Positions 23,221 through 36,497 of a stretch of DNA of 64,000 nt are shown here, in pieces. The notes under the pieces are model-generated. The model was given only the letters and a program-made list of their open reading frames with translations, was not told where the DNA came from and ran no database searches. Both the position numbers and the translations under genes were made by a program. Source of the stretch: Utricularia gibba (lineage: Eukaryota; Plantae; Magnoliophyta); NCBI GenBank assembly GCA_002189035.1, contig NEEC01000018.1:2418001-2482000 (forward strand). The letters are read 5' to 3'. The stretch's first letter is position 1, and every line of letters begins with the position of its first letter.

Positions 23221-24648
23221 GATTCCCAAACCTGCAAAGGCCGGCCTCGTCGGGGGGTCGTTTTGTCTGTGAGCCCAACCCCTAGCCCTGCAAGGGTTTG
23301 TTTTCTGGGCCCAATTCGCCAACCTCGCAAATTACCTAGAATTTTTAATAAAATACATATTTGCACGCACGGGCATTTGCTTGTAATGAAACAGGTAAGG
23401 ATGTAAGAAATGGGTTTGTCATAAGCAGCCCCTAATCTTGGTGATGATGTATGTGGGTGGTAGGTGGAACACGACTCCAGGCCTGTAATAAGAAAGGGAA
23501 GTTGATCGGACGGCTGCGGGAGCTCCTTATCACAAACCGCTGGTCTTTCTTCCACCGACGCAACCAGCCCCACAGATCATCAATCAGGGTATTAAGGGAA
23601 CAAAATCAGGTGTATTAGAAAACATAAACAACATGGTTTCTTCAAGTTAGGACAATCGTATTCGTCTTTGGAGTGGACAGATGGTCAAGTTTCTCCTAAC
23701 CATAGTTTTCGACATTGAGGCTAATCATTAGGGCTATCGAAATACAGAGCAACCATGAGGTATTAAAACCGCCAGGCTGTGTGGCCCGGCACTGTGAGCT
23801 GTATGCTGGGTGTAAGCGCCTCCCTTGCTAGTGGCGCACGACCATCTCCCGCATTCGGCTCCTCCTCCTTGAGGCATGTTGAATGAAGAGCAATGAGGCA
23901 GGAGTATGGAGGACCTGTGGATGGAATCAACTACTTTCCTTGGATCCCATATATCAATTCTTAGTTGGACATCATTAAGGATGCATTCAAACAGTGGTTA
24001 TTCATGGAGTTCGACCTTTAAATAGTGAGCTAATAATACAGCAAAATAGGTGGCCAGCTAACATTCGAGGGGTATGAATGAATGAATGAATGATCCATCA
24101 TTTAGTGCTGCTGTCTGACAGTATTGCCGGAATTCCACAGCAGGTCGCCGGTCCGGAGTGAGTGTGTGTATGTGGCTGTTGCGCTGTTACTTTCATTTCT
24201 TTTTCTTAATTTCCCAGCAAACAACACAAAAATCCCCAAACAAAACAAAAATATAATGTGAGCTTCTATAAATGTGGGATATTCCCTCCCTCCCTCAGGC
24301 TCACTCGCCACTGCCCTGCTCCATCTTCCCCTCTTTTTCTCTACCTTCATTTGCTCTTCTCAGTTTTTGTTTCATTCTTCTTGTACATTTGTTTTCTCCA
24401 CTTCTGTCTTTCCAGCTTTCCGTGGCAAAATCCAGGTTTTCTTGGCTATCATCAAGCTCATACTTGTACATTTGAAATGAAAGGCGTGGCTGCAACAAGG
24501 AGTTGCTGACATTCCAGCTTTGCTCCCATTACTTTTGCCTCCCTGTGAAGCAAAATCAAATTCGTCACCTTTTTGCAACCCACTGTTCCCCTGTAGTATT
24601 TATTTTAGTCCTGCACCTGCAGATCTGGTTTTGTTTCCACTAGTAAAA

Positions 24649-27289
24649 ATGGAGTATCTCCCCTCGACGACCATTTTCTCCGGATCATATTCCAGCGATG
24701 TTAGACAGCAAATGGAGATGTTTTGGGAGCAGATCAGGGTGCCTTTGATTGTCCCCGTACTCAAACTGGCGGTTTTCTTGTGCTTGTCGATGTCAGTCAT
24801 GCTATTCATTGAGCGGGTGTATATGGCGGTTGTGATAACTCTGGTGAAGGTGTTCGGCAGAAAGCCTGAGAGAAGATATAAATGGGAGCCATTGAAAGAC
24901 GACGTGGAGCTTGGGAACTCTTCTCATCCAATGGTCCTTGTTCAAATTCCAATGTACAATGAGAAAGAGGTGAGAGTCAGATATCCAATTCCCCGATGCC
25001 TGCTTGTGTATATTCCCAAGACCAAGCTCTTTGGTTCCTCTTTTCCAGGTTTATCAGCTGTCGATTGGAGCTGCATGCGGACTCTCATGGCCGTCCGATA
25101 GGATTATAGTCCAAGTTCTTGATGACTCAACGGATCCCATCATCAAGGTAACAGCAAACAAAGTTGCGCTTGCAGTGAAATCGGGAGATAATAAACTGAA
25201 ACAAGTATTGTGTATGTGGGTGGGCGGCGGCAGAGCATGGTGGAGATGGAGTGCCAGAGATGGGCGAACAAAGGGATAAACATAAAATATGAGATCAGAG
25301 GCAATCGAAGTGGATACAAAGCTGGAGCTCTGAAAGAAGGACTGAAACACCCTTACGTCAAACAATGCGATTTCGTGGCCATCTTCGACGCTGATTTTCA
25401 ACCAGAACCTGATTTCCTCTGCCGCACCATTCCCTTTCTGGTTCACAACCCGCAGCTGGCCCTCGTCCAATCCCGCTGGAAATTCGGTACTTAACCATCA
25501 TTATCTTCAATAGAATCATACCCCATGTACGTAAGTGAGTGTTTTCAGAATGATGCATATCCAAGCAAGTGTCTGTCGGTGAGCCTAGAGCCATGGGGAA
25601 AAGCCAATGGGTAGGTGGTAGGCATAAATACCCAACCACCCATTCTTCTCCCACTAGTCAGTCACATGAGGAGGCTTTTTTTTGTGGGCTGGGCATATGT
25701 TTTTTATGCTAAAAATCTAACCCGTGGTCGGAGATTGTGGTGTGGTTCCTCATCGGTCCTGGGCCATGTGAAGCGATAAAGTGCTTCATCAGGGAAGGAC
25801 TTAAAGTGAAAGGAAACAAGGGATGATGGGACCGGGGCCGGGGCCGGGCCGGGATCGGGACCAGCAATCTTTGATTCCCAACCTACCAACTGATTGTGTT
25901 CCATCTTATCATTTTTCAGCAGCCCATGTCTTGTTGTGTAGTCATATAACATGTGTTGAATAATTTTTGGTTAAAGTGAATGCGGACGAATGCCTGATGA
26001 CCAGAATGCAAGAGATGTCGCTGGACTACCATTTCACCGTCGAGCAAGAAGTCGGCTCTTCCACATACGCCTTCTTTGGCTTCAACGGTGCACATCATGC
26101 AATAGTCATAATGTCCTTCTGGGTCAAGGCATGTAACAGTATTTTCTTAAACTAGGGACCGCGGGGTGTGGCGATTGTCGGCCATTGGTGAAGCCGGAGG
26201 GTGGAAGGATCGTACCACGGTGGAGGACATGGACTTGGCGGTCCGTGCCAGCCTCAAGGGATGGAAGTTCTTGTATCTTGGCTCCTTGAAGGTACGCATG
26301 GGTAGGTGCTTCAATAATTGATAGGAGGAGGAGGTGGTGCGTGCGTGAGAGTAGAGGGCCTGGGTAGATAACCGGGCAGGGTGCTGTGGTGTGTAGGTGA
26401 AGAACGAGCTGCCGAGCACATTTAAAGCGTACAGGTATCAGCAGCACCGTTGGTCGTGTGGTCCAGCAAACCTTTTCAGGAAAATGGTGATGGAGATTAT
26501 AAAGAATAAGGTTAGGTGAAGCAGTCATAATTAAGGCATCGCACTTCATTGATGATGTCTAATGATGATTGACTCGGCAGAAAGTGTCGGCGTGGAAGAA
26601 GGTCCATGTGATCTACAGCTTCTTCTTCGTCAGGAAGATTGTCGCCCACATCGTCACGTTCGTCTTCTACTGTGTTGTGCTCCCTGCCTCTGTGTTGGTA
26701 CCCGAAGTCGAGATTCCTAAATGGGGCGCGGTCTACGTACCCTGCGTCATCACCCTCCTCAACGCCGTCGGAACTCCAAGGTAAACAACGGTGGGGATTT
26801 TCGAATTGCTTTAGAAAGAAGATGAATGGGACAGGGGTGATCCGTGGATCAGGTCTCTGCATCTGCTGGTGTTCTGGATTCTTTTCGAGAACGTGATGTC
26901 GCTTCACCGGACGAAAGCCACCTTCATCGGACTGCTGGAGGCTGGGAGAGTTAACGAGTGGATCGTCACGGAGAAACTCGGTGACGCACGCAAGTTCAAA
27001 AGCGCCGTTAAGAAGCCCAGGTTTAGGATCGGAGAGAGGTAACCGGCACCGACCATCTTTCTCAAAGAAAAAAAGAAACATATCTTTTTACTGTTATTAT
27101 ATCTGCTGCCGGCGATGGGAATAGGTTTCATTTACTGGAGATGGCGACGGGGGGTACCTGTTGCTGTGTGGCTGCTACGACGTCTTTTATGGGAGAAGCC
27201 ATTACTTCCTATACCTGTTCGTACAGGCGGCGGCATTCTTCGTCGCGGGATTTGGGTATATCGGCACCTTCATCCCATCTTCGACTTAG
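24649..27289 (+). CDS. CSLA9: Cellulose synthase-like A (glucomannan 4-beta-mannosyltransferase), 9 exons; apparent -1 frameshifts in G runs 26163-26166 and 27149-27154
   Basis: [69 protein letters not shown]9 adjacency matches my recollection of Arabidopsis At5g03770/At5g03760; paralog identity is tentative. Confidence 0.9.
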
Positions 27290-28259
27290 GGGCTGTGAAC
27301 CGCCGGTGCTCAGTCCGCCGCCGTGGCCCTTCTTTATACAGGCCCCTTGCTGCTTTTCAATTGATGATGCTTGTGTATTGCAATTCACAGATTCTTGTTC
27401 CACCCCAAACTCAAAGCCCTTTCTTTTTGAAGTCACAAAGCGCAATGATTTGAATACAGAGTAAAATTGGTTCAAAATACCTAAAAAACAAAAAAAAAAG
27501 CTTCGACCAATCGAAAACTTGCACAGCTGATCCTCTTCCTCGGCACATGTTTCTTCTCATCGTCGGTCGACCGGAAAAGTCTCAACTCCGCTCTTCGCCA
27601 ATATAATGGATTCAATTCAAAATTGGATTAAATTAAATCTAAATCCATGATTTTTTTTAATTTCATTCCAATAACTTATTAAAAAAATCTATAAATTAAA
27701 AATATTATATTTAAACACAATTCGAAACATTTTTTAATTGAAAGTATAGATTGGTTTTAAAAGGCTGGGCCAAGTATTTGAGGTCAGCTTAAACTCCTCA
27801 GAGTCCAATTCAAGAAAATCGGGGTGTTTCAAACATGGGCCCAAACCTGAGCCCAAGGAGATTGGATAACGCAGATAAGGATCCTTCACTAAACTTCCAA
27901 GGAGAAAACTGGCCACCGGTCTTCGTAGGTCGGGTCCTCATTTTCGCCGGTGAGTTTCACTTTCAGCATTCGTCTACTTATCCGTGCCATCACAACTCTG
28001 CCGTTTATTTTCACGATATTCAAGGAGGCTGGAGTTTTCGTTGATTCTTTCTAGTGTTTTTCTGTTGTACTCCGTGCGAGGAAGTCCCTGTTTTCTGATG
28101 CGTGTCGAGGCGATATGTGAATATTGAGGAAAATTAATTGGTTATGTTGCTAATTGAGTTCTAGGCCTGTGATATGTGCTCTATTTGTTTTTTTCAGTGT
28201 GCAAATTGTCGCGAGTGGGGGCGGCAGATTTGTTTGCAAACTGACATTCTTCAGGAGAT

Positions 28260-29243
28260 ATGGAGGGTAGTCGCCAAGGCAGCTGCAGCGTAATGTGGTT
28301 CTTTAAAGACAAGGGTTTTGATGATAACAGCATCCACGAAATGTCTCGGCGGTGCAAGCGCCTGGAGGATGTGGACCGTGTGCAGGCATCTGAAAACTGG
28401 GAGTACTTGAAAAGCATAGGCATCCAGGAAAGGAAGCTTCCGGCGATAGTTGGAAAATGCCCCAAAATTCTGACTCTAGACTTGCGGGAGAAGCTCATTC
28501 CGATGGTTCAGTGTCTTGCATCTCTGGAGACAAAACCAAATGAGTTAGCTTCTGTCATTGCAAAGTTTCCCCATATACTCCTGCACAGGCTAGAAGAGAA
28601 GCTCTGTCCTCTCCTAGCCTTTTTTGAAGCTCTCGGCGCTCCTGAGAAGCATCTCGGTAAAATTATACTTCTGAACCCCAGAGTCATTAGTTATAGCATT
28701 GAAACGAAGCTCTCAAAAACTGTTGATTTTCTTGCCTCCATCGGTCTTTATGAGGATGGAATGATTGGTAAAATTCTGGTGAAGCATCCATGTATCATGA
28801 GCTATAGTGTCAGCAAACGATTGCAGCCGACTTATGACTTCCTGAAATCATTGGGTCTGTCGGTGCCCCAACTCCAGCGAGTTGCCTTAAACTTCCCTGA
28901 AGTTTTATGCCGAGATGTTGACAAGATCCTTAAGCCTAATGCTCTCTACCTGAAGTCATGTGGGTTCGATGGAGGTCAGATAACTGCCGTGGTGGCTGGT
29001 TATCCTCCGGTGCTGATCAAGAGCGTGGGTAACTCTTTAGAACCAAGAATCAAATTTCTGAGGCACGGAATGGGCAGAAAAATCCATGAAATTGTAGAGT
29101 ATCCGGATTTTTTTAGGCATAGCTTAAAGAGGAGGTTGGAGTTCAGGCATAAGATGTTGAGCCAGAAGCAGATAACCTGTAGCTTGAGTGAAATGTTGGA
29201 CTGCAACCATGGAAAATTCATGGCGAGATTTGGCTTCGTTTAG
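28260..29243 (+). CDS. MTERF6: Mitochondrial transcription termination factor family protein, mTERF6/PDE191-like
   Basis: Intronless 327-aa ORF with repeated mTERF motifs; MWFFKDKGFDD...ENWEYLKSIGIQERKLP...LEEKLCPLLAFF matches remembered At4g38160. Confidence 0.9.
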   Translation: MEGSRQGSCSVMWFFKDKGFDDNSIHEMSRRCKRLEDVDRVQASENWEYLKSIGIQERKLPAIVGKCPKILTLDLREKLIPMVQCLASLETKPNELASVIAKFPHILLHRLEEKLCPLLAFFEALGAPEKHLGKIILLNPRVISYSIETKLSKTVDFLASIGLYEDGMIGKILVKHPCIMSYSVSKRLQPTYDFLKSLGLSVPQLQRVALNFPEVLCRDVDKILKPNALYLKSCGFDGGQITAVVAGYPPVLIKSVGNSLEPRIKFLRHGMGRKIHEIVEYPDFFRHSLKRRLEFRHKMLSQKQITCSLSEMLDCNHGKFMARFGFV

Positions 29244-30223
29244 GTGGTTGTGTTGCTCTTTCTCCACCTGGATATGGCTTGTATCCATTACTCAAATGGA
29301 CTTCGTATGTGTATTTATTTCTATGCATAGTTGAGGCTTTCTTCTCTCTTTTTTAAAGGAACTTGGCACTCGCAAACACAAGCCATGTTTGATTTTGGAG
29401 GATGCATGCAAACAGTGTTGGGCCATTCTTGAAAAAAGAACAATGAATTATGGGCTGGAGCTGAATGTGATTATGAACGCTTCTTGGGCCCACTGAAAGA
29501 ACGAGGCCCAGGCTGGCCTTAGGTGTACAATCATCGATCGCTGGGAAGCGGACATTCCGCCGTGTTCTTCCTCCTCCTCTACCGTAAAATTTCTGACAGT
29601 TTGGACCGGCATATCTTCGCGGGGAATGCCCCGGGTCCCGGATGACCGATATTCCGCCGTCTTCTTCCCATTTGAGCAACAGGACAGAGGCAGATAGGTG
29701 GTGAGCTATTATCCATGTTGCAATCGAGGCCTAAGATGAGTCCAAAGCCACTGGTACGTGAGTCATTTGGTTGAGTTGAGTTATCATCACGTGGACCCGA
29801 AAGCAACTATACGTATGCATGTATGTATGTATGTATAGTGTGTTGTAAGGGCTTTTTCTCCAACCCACGAAGCCTAGAGGCTGGTGTATCCAATCTTCTT
29901 CACCATGTGGGTGTATCGCTGCAACAACAACGATATGGTCGATGAATCCCGGTGTTTTGGACCTTTCACACGGCGTGGTGTCGTGGGGGAGGGACCCTCG
30001 CCGCTGTAAATGTCTCCTCCAAAGCAGCTCACACCTTACAATAATCACATGGCACATTAAGACAGCTAAAGCTGGGAAGACACGCGTGTCCGATATACAG
30101 AGGTAATGGAATACAGGAGCAACGTTACATATCAACCTTCCCTTCCTAGAATCAAATCACACTTCGGAACATCAAACCCATCACAGATCTTTTACACGAG
30201 CCACATGTCTGTCACCAACGCTG

Positions 30224-31119
30224 TTACTTCTCCTTTGTTTCTAAGTTCAGGTTCAATTCTTCCAGTTTCTTCAGCCTCATCTGCTCGCTCTCGCTCAGCA
30301 GCTGCGTGCAAATAACAAGGTTTGTATTTCTCGCTCAAAGAAAAGACAAGTTATGCTTGGCATCACCTCCATCAGCCTCGCGATGAGTAGCGATTTTTCC
30401 TTGGTCCTCTCGTTGAGTACTTCAAGGGCTTCCTTGTGTTCTTTCTCCTGTTATCGATCACAAACAGCGGAGAGTATCAGGAACCAAAAACGGAGTAGAG
30501 CAGAAATAACTACTTCCCGTCTGTACCTTCTTCCGGCAGGTGACTCCAAGTGTTTTCAAGTCCTTGTCTGCAGCTTCAATTTTCTTTCGAACGAGAGACA
30601 CCTCTTTCTTCAGGGGTCCCCAGAGTTTCCAATTCCTGGTAATTAAGAGACGAAGAAGATAATAGCTACGGAAATGCAGGATTTTTTCAGCTGGATGAGA
30701 ATCTAGTGAATCTGATTCACATAAGATGATTAGGACAAGAAATGATTTTTTTCCAGCCTGGGTAAGAAAGAGAAGCTGTACCATACCAAGGAAAACATCT
30801 ACCGGCGGTTTAACTACAGGCAAGACCTAAAAAAGAGCTAGATACCGGGGGTTGAAATATTGAGGCTAATCGAAGGCAAGACCTCAAGAATCGTGGAGAG
30901 GCGCTTGGTTTCTTCTTCAATACGGCCGAGCTGCGCCTGGACTTTTTCTTTGACTTCCGTCTTCCTCTTCCGGATCTCTTCCTCTTTGGCCCTGTAAGCC
31001 GAAAGAGCAGACTTGGTCATCTCCTCGTCCACCTCCGCCGTGGGCCTGCGGAAGCTGGAATCCCCCAAAACTTGGTCGGAATGATCCGATACAACACCCT
31101 CTGACACTGCATCGGCCAT
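30224..31119 (-). CDS. RAB6-interacting golgin (DUF662/GORAB-like) coiled-coil protein (exons 31119-30883, 30635-30527, 30447-30367, 30301-30224)
   Basis: SALSAYRAKEEEI...VQAQLGRIEEETKRL, KEVSLVRKKIE, EKEHKEALE, ESEQMRLKKLEEL. Exon 2 is 109 nt and needs +2 nt (adjacent G4 and C4 runs at 30613-30621) to stay in frame. Confidence 0.85.
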
Positions 31120-32733
31120 TAAAAGCAAGCAAACCCAGGCTTTTCTTCTCCTCTCCTCTCCTCTCCTCTCCTCTTCTTCCTTTTGGAGGCGACTGGGTGT
31201 TCTTTTAGCCAATCACAGCATGGCGCTGTCAAGCTGCTCGTCGGGTGACAGGGAAATAAGAAAGAATAGAAGCCCTGTTTTTATTTATTTTAAAAAAAAT
31301 CTAAAAACTAAAAGCTAAGTTGGATTTTCTTTCTTTTATTTTGAAGGGTAGCTTATTTTGTTGTATTCATGGAGATGGAGCTTTTAATATTTAAATAGAT
31401 TATTTATTCCACTTCACTGCTCTGCTCACGGCTCACAGTGAATGATAAGACATTCGGCAGGTGAATATTGTATTATTCCTTGGTACGAGAAGTGTGTCTT
31501 GTCCTCGGAAACCTTGTCTTGCAAAACTAGCGCCAGCCACTGGGGCTCTCCTTGTAGGTGATGTGCAGAATGGGAGCATGAACAAGCCCGCCCGCCCGAG
31601 AGGGTTGGCCTCTTCTTCACTCATCGGCCAAGGCATGCATGATGCATGATGCACTCACCAGTCACCACTGCTGTTGGCTGCTGGCTGCTCTAAGAGGGTG
31701 CAGAAACCATGAATGACAGAGGTCCCTCCCTGTACCACCCTTCCTGTAGACATGCCGCCACATTTTTCCAACAGACGGGATCCTCGATCCAATGAATACA
31801 TAACAAGCGACAAAATGGGGGAACCACAACACAGTGGCTGGATGCAATAATAAAATCACTTACGCTGGCTGTCCATCGACCGGAGAGCAACGTCATTTTT
31901 ACCCCAACAAAGTGCTTGGTCATGACTTTCGGCATAGGTAACACGCTTCTCGAGCCACCATGTGTGAGAAAGAGTGTGCACGATGCCTCCCCTTCTTCAA
32001 TTTTCAGGTGTACTAACTATCAACCACAGAATTTCAGACAGCTTGCTTGAGCCTTGCTATCCACTTGTCTGTAATTTCCATGCGTAAACGGAAACCAATC
32101 CCAACTCCACCATCTTGGACAGGTTTGCCAATGTGCAAACTGGGAGCAATAGAACAGATTCATTTTCAACAGATGAGGAGTGAGGACTATCTATGAATAC
32201 TGGGCTCAATGAGGCCCATTTTGATGGGCTATCGTTTTGGGTTATAATTGGGCTTAAATCTCGATCCCTTCGTCGACTTGGAACAACTTTTGATTCCTCC
32301 CTCTGCTCTTCGTGTCTGGTGTCTGTTCTCTAGGTCAGATCATATAGACGAGCATTCTCCTTCGGGGTGATTAGTATATTCCGAGAAATTCTAGTCAGGT
32401 AAAGCATCATTTGTTCGCTAACTCCAGCTGATCACGAAGAGTGAGCTGATCTTGTTGACTTTTTGTTTGAATTTCTTTATCTCCGCCCCTGTTAATATTT
32501 TTCCTGAAGTTCTCATGCGTGTAAATCTGAATTCTTTATGGCTTCTAAATTCTTCAAGTACCAAATCTGATTAGTTAGTCAGTTAGCCGTGATTGAGGGG
32601 ACATACCTGAATTTGTTTAAGTAAGCTTCTAGCCTGCGGATTCCCGGCATATGATTCTGGTGCCTGTAAATTATTACGTGCGCAAGTTCAATGTCAAATG
32701 AATCATTCTCAGGAGAGAGACTAGTCGATACAG

Positions 32734-35700
32734 ATGGCTGAGGCAGAAGACAACAGTGTGCTGTTTACCATTTTCGTCTTGACTATAATCTTGCTTCCTC
32801 TTGTGCCGTATACTGTTGTCAACATTTACCAGAATTTCAAAAAGAAGAAGTCCAGCATAAATTGCCGTTGCTCAGCCTGCTTTCGATCGGGAAAGTACTG
32901 GAAATCCATACTCAAGCAGGCAAATTGTTCATTCTTGACTTCTCATTATGTCTTATATGGCTGCTGGACTTCTCCTCATTCGTCTTTGTTTTCATGATAT
33001 GCCAGATTTCAAACTTTTCAACTTACAGTAACTTGACAGTAGTATTGCTTTGGGTTGTTGTGGTGCTACTGGTGTGCTACATCAGGCATACAAACACCGA
33101 GGTACAACCTTTTTTTATTTGAACTGTTATCAAGCATGGGCATTGATCTCCTCCGAGAATCTGTTGTACGTTTTCACGTGTTTTTGTCATCCTCGCCTCT
33201 GAAATATGAGTTTGAATGATTTTGTTGCCAGGTCAATATTTTTGATCCGTTTAGCATACTTGGATTAGAGTCGGGAGCTTCAGAATCAGAAATAAAAAAG
33301 GCGTACAGGAAACTTTCCGTATTGTACCATCCTGATAAAAACCCTGACCCAGGTTTATGTTATCAAGTATATTTTGTTGTTTTCTCTAACCACGCAAAGG
33401 TACTAGTTCTCAATTCTTCAGATGATTAACTATTTCCTAACCTTTCTTTTCAGATGCGCATAAATATTTTGTAAATTCTATCTCAAAGGCTTATCAGGCA
33501 TTAACTGATCCTGTCTCACGGGAAAACTATGAAAAATATGGCCATCCTGATGGTAGACAGGTATTTGATTTTTGTAACAAAATTAATAATACAGAAATTA
33601 CTACCGTTTCTTTTGAGTTCTCTTAGTTGGGGATGAAATTAATGTGCTTGCTACTGTCCAGTTGTTGATACAGAAAAAAATTGGTTCAAATGCTTTTTTT
33701 TAACATCCAGGGCCTGCAAATGGGAATCGCCCTGCCCCAGTTTCTTCTTGATATTGATGGTACTTCTGGTGGAATTTTGATACTTGGAATTGTAGGGGTT
33801 TGCATTATCCTACCCCTGACGATAGCAGTGATATATTTGTCAAGGTCTTCCAAATATACTGGAAACTATGTTATGCACCACACCATGTATGCTTATTACC
33901 ATTTTATGAAGCCATCATTAGCTCCAAGGTACCCATCTGAAAACATATTGCCTGTTGGGTCATATTTTATTATCAGGACGTTGGTTGAATAGAATTTGAT
34001 AGTATTGTGCCTTTTTCACCTACAAATGGTTCATTTAGAGTTTTGCCTTCACTTTCTGGTCCTAAATGATTTCACGGCATGGCTAGCTGTTTTATCCCTT
34101 AGGCATATGATCCTCTGCACTAGTTTTTTTTTTATTATTGAAATTCCTCATTTCTTGTCTCTTATTCCTATTTTGTCCACATGTTACAGCAAGGTTATGG
34201 AAGTTTTCACCCGGGCTGCTGAATACATGGAAATTCCAGTACGCAGAACAGATGAAGAGACACTTCAGAAACTGTTTCTGTTAGTCCGAAGTGAGTTAAA
34301 TCTTGATCTCAGAAATATTCGACAGGAACAAGCCAAGTTTTGGAAGCAGCATCCTGCTTTGGTGAAGGTAAAATCATAGTCTCTTAACCTTTTCCAGTAT
34401 TTTGATAGGCTTCTCTTTCAATTATTTCTGATTTTTCTGGCAGTCAGAATTGCTGTTGCAAGCGCATTTGACTCGTGAAACTGCAACCTTATCACCACAT
34501 CTGCAAGGTGATTTAAGGAAAATGCTTTCACTGGCTCCTCGTCTTCTTGAAGAACTAATGAAGGTAATTCATCTTACTGCGGATGAGTTTCACATTAGGG
34601 TTCAGGTGCTAGTCTCTCGTTCAGTGGTTGTTTCAAATAGTTACTGTTTAGTTGGTTGAAATGTTCACTCCTAAATTTGTCTTATTTTAGGAGCTATTCT
34701 CACATAGATGACCATGTAATGTCTGTTTGTCACAGATGGCTATTATTCCGCGCACACAAAAGGGTTATGGATGGTTAAGACCTGCAATTGGAGTGGTGGA
34801 GCTATCCCAAAGTATCATTCAGGTAGATTTTCTTGAGAGTTGTCTGTAGTCAGTGGTCACGGTCCTTTTTATTCAATTGTGAGCTTGTTGAAACTACTTG
34901 GGAAGTAAGGCCGTTTCAAATGCAGGCTGTGCCTCTCAGTACAAGGAAGGCTACTGGAGGATCAAGTGAAGGTTATGGCCCATTCCTCCAGCTGCCGCAC
35001 TTCAGTGAATCTGTGGTCAAAAAGATTGCTAGAAAGGTGGCTTTTTGTTTTTGTTGAAAACTGCGTGGATGTATTCGCTTGTGCCCCGCACTGTATTTTT
35101 AAGGCCCATTTTACTTTGTGCAGAAAGTTCGTTCTTTCCATGACTTACGTCAAATGAAACCAGAAGAGCGTTCAGAGCTTTTGACTCAAGTGGCAGGTTT
35201 CTCTGCTGAAGAATCTCAAGATGTGGAGTTGGCACTTGAGATGATGCCTTCCATTGTGGTTGACATTACCTGCGAGACAGAAGGAGAAGAAGGGATTCAA
35301 GAGGGTGATATTGTCACTATGCAAACCTGGATTACTCTCAGTCGTCCAAATGGCTTGATCCGTGCCTTGCCTCATTCTCCGTTCTTCCCCTTTGACAAGG
35401 AGGAAAATTTCTGGTTATTGCTGGCTGACTCTGCCTCAAACGATGTATGGATGTCACAAAAGATCAATTTCATGGACGAGATGACGGCCATAACTGCAGT
35501 GTCAAAAGCAATTCAGGAGCTCAAGGAGGGATCTGGTGCCAGTGCTAGGGAAATGAAAGCAGCCGTAAAAGAAGCTATTGATAAGGTGAAGGCCGGTTCA
35601 CGGCTGGTTATGGCCAAGTTCCAGGCCCCTTCAGAGGGAAACTATAATTTAACCTCTTTCTGCCTGTGCGACTCATGGATTGGTTGTGATGCGAAGACGA

Positions 35701-35945
35701 ACATCCGCTTGAAGGTCCTGAGACGTAGCCGGGCCGGAACTAGGACCATAACCAATGCAGATGAGGCTCATATCCCAGAAGATGGGGGCGAAGAGGAAGA
35801 TGAGGAGGGAGAAGAGGAGTACGATGATGACTATGAAAGCGAATACAGTGAAGATGATGATGCCAAGGGCGGAGCAGTTGCCAACGGCTCTGCCCATGTA
35901 GAAGACCAGGATGGATCAGGTTCTGATGCTTCTGAAACTGACTAA
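32734..35945 (+). CDS. ERDJ2: SEC63/ERdj2 DnaJ-domain ER translocon subunit
   Basis: [13 protein letters not shown] start, J domain with HPD (YHPDKNPDP), [10 protein letters not shown], Sec63 domain, acidic C-terminal tail; first coding intron has a GC donor at 32920. Confidence 0.93.
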
Positions 35946-36128
35946 TTCTTTCTTATTGGTGGCCTGGCCTCACTTATGAATGGTGTTTCAGACGTAGTAC
36001 CAAATCTTAAATTTTGAGGATTGAGTTGATTAAATTTCCTGCGTCATGTACACGAATAAATACATAAAGAAGCGTTTTGGAGCAGTGGGAGGGAAAGCTA
36101 TGAGACATGGACAACAGGGGCATAACTA

Positions 36129-36497
36129 CTAAGAAGCTGGTTTGGGCAAGTCTGGAATGTGGATTGGAGTAGCTGCGTGGTATGCCGTGGGCGTAAATGC
36201 GGGGGAATGAATCCTGATTACCAAGCCGGGGAAAACGTCATCAGGGTCGTGTATGTGTGGATTCTCCTCGACGATGAACGGGTCACCGCATTTCTCTCCG
36301 ATGCTCTGCAGCGTCTCGCCTTCCTTCACCACGTATATCTCATCGCACCCACCAGCATCGCGATGATGAATCTCTGGCAGAAGAAACTCGCCTCGACCTC
36401 CTCTTCCACCGTCGCAGCAGGTGAGGACCAACGCCAGAGCCAGCAGCCCGGTCCAGTAACAACACGCAACAGCAGCTCCCAGCACAAACCTCCCCAT
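36129..36497 (-). CDS. Small secreted or membrane-anchored LysM-domain protein
   Basis: Hydrophobic N-terminus then CDEIYVVKEGETLQSIGEKCGDPFIVEENPHIHDPDDVFPGLVIRI. Confidence 0.9.
   Translation of the reverse strand: MGRFVLGAAVACCYWTGLLALALVLTCCDGGRGGRGEFLLPEIHHRDAGGCDEIYVVKEGETLQSIGEKCGDPFIVEENPHIHDPDDVFPGLVIRIHSPAFTPTAYHAATPIHIPDLPKPAS

Noticed and set aside
29700-29790. Box C/D snoRNA (GTGATGA on the minus strand)
   Set aside because: No CTGA D box or terminal stem at a suitable distance.
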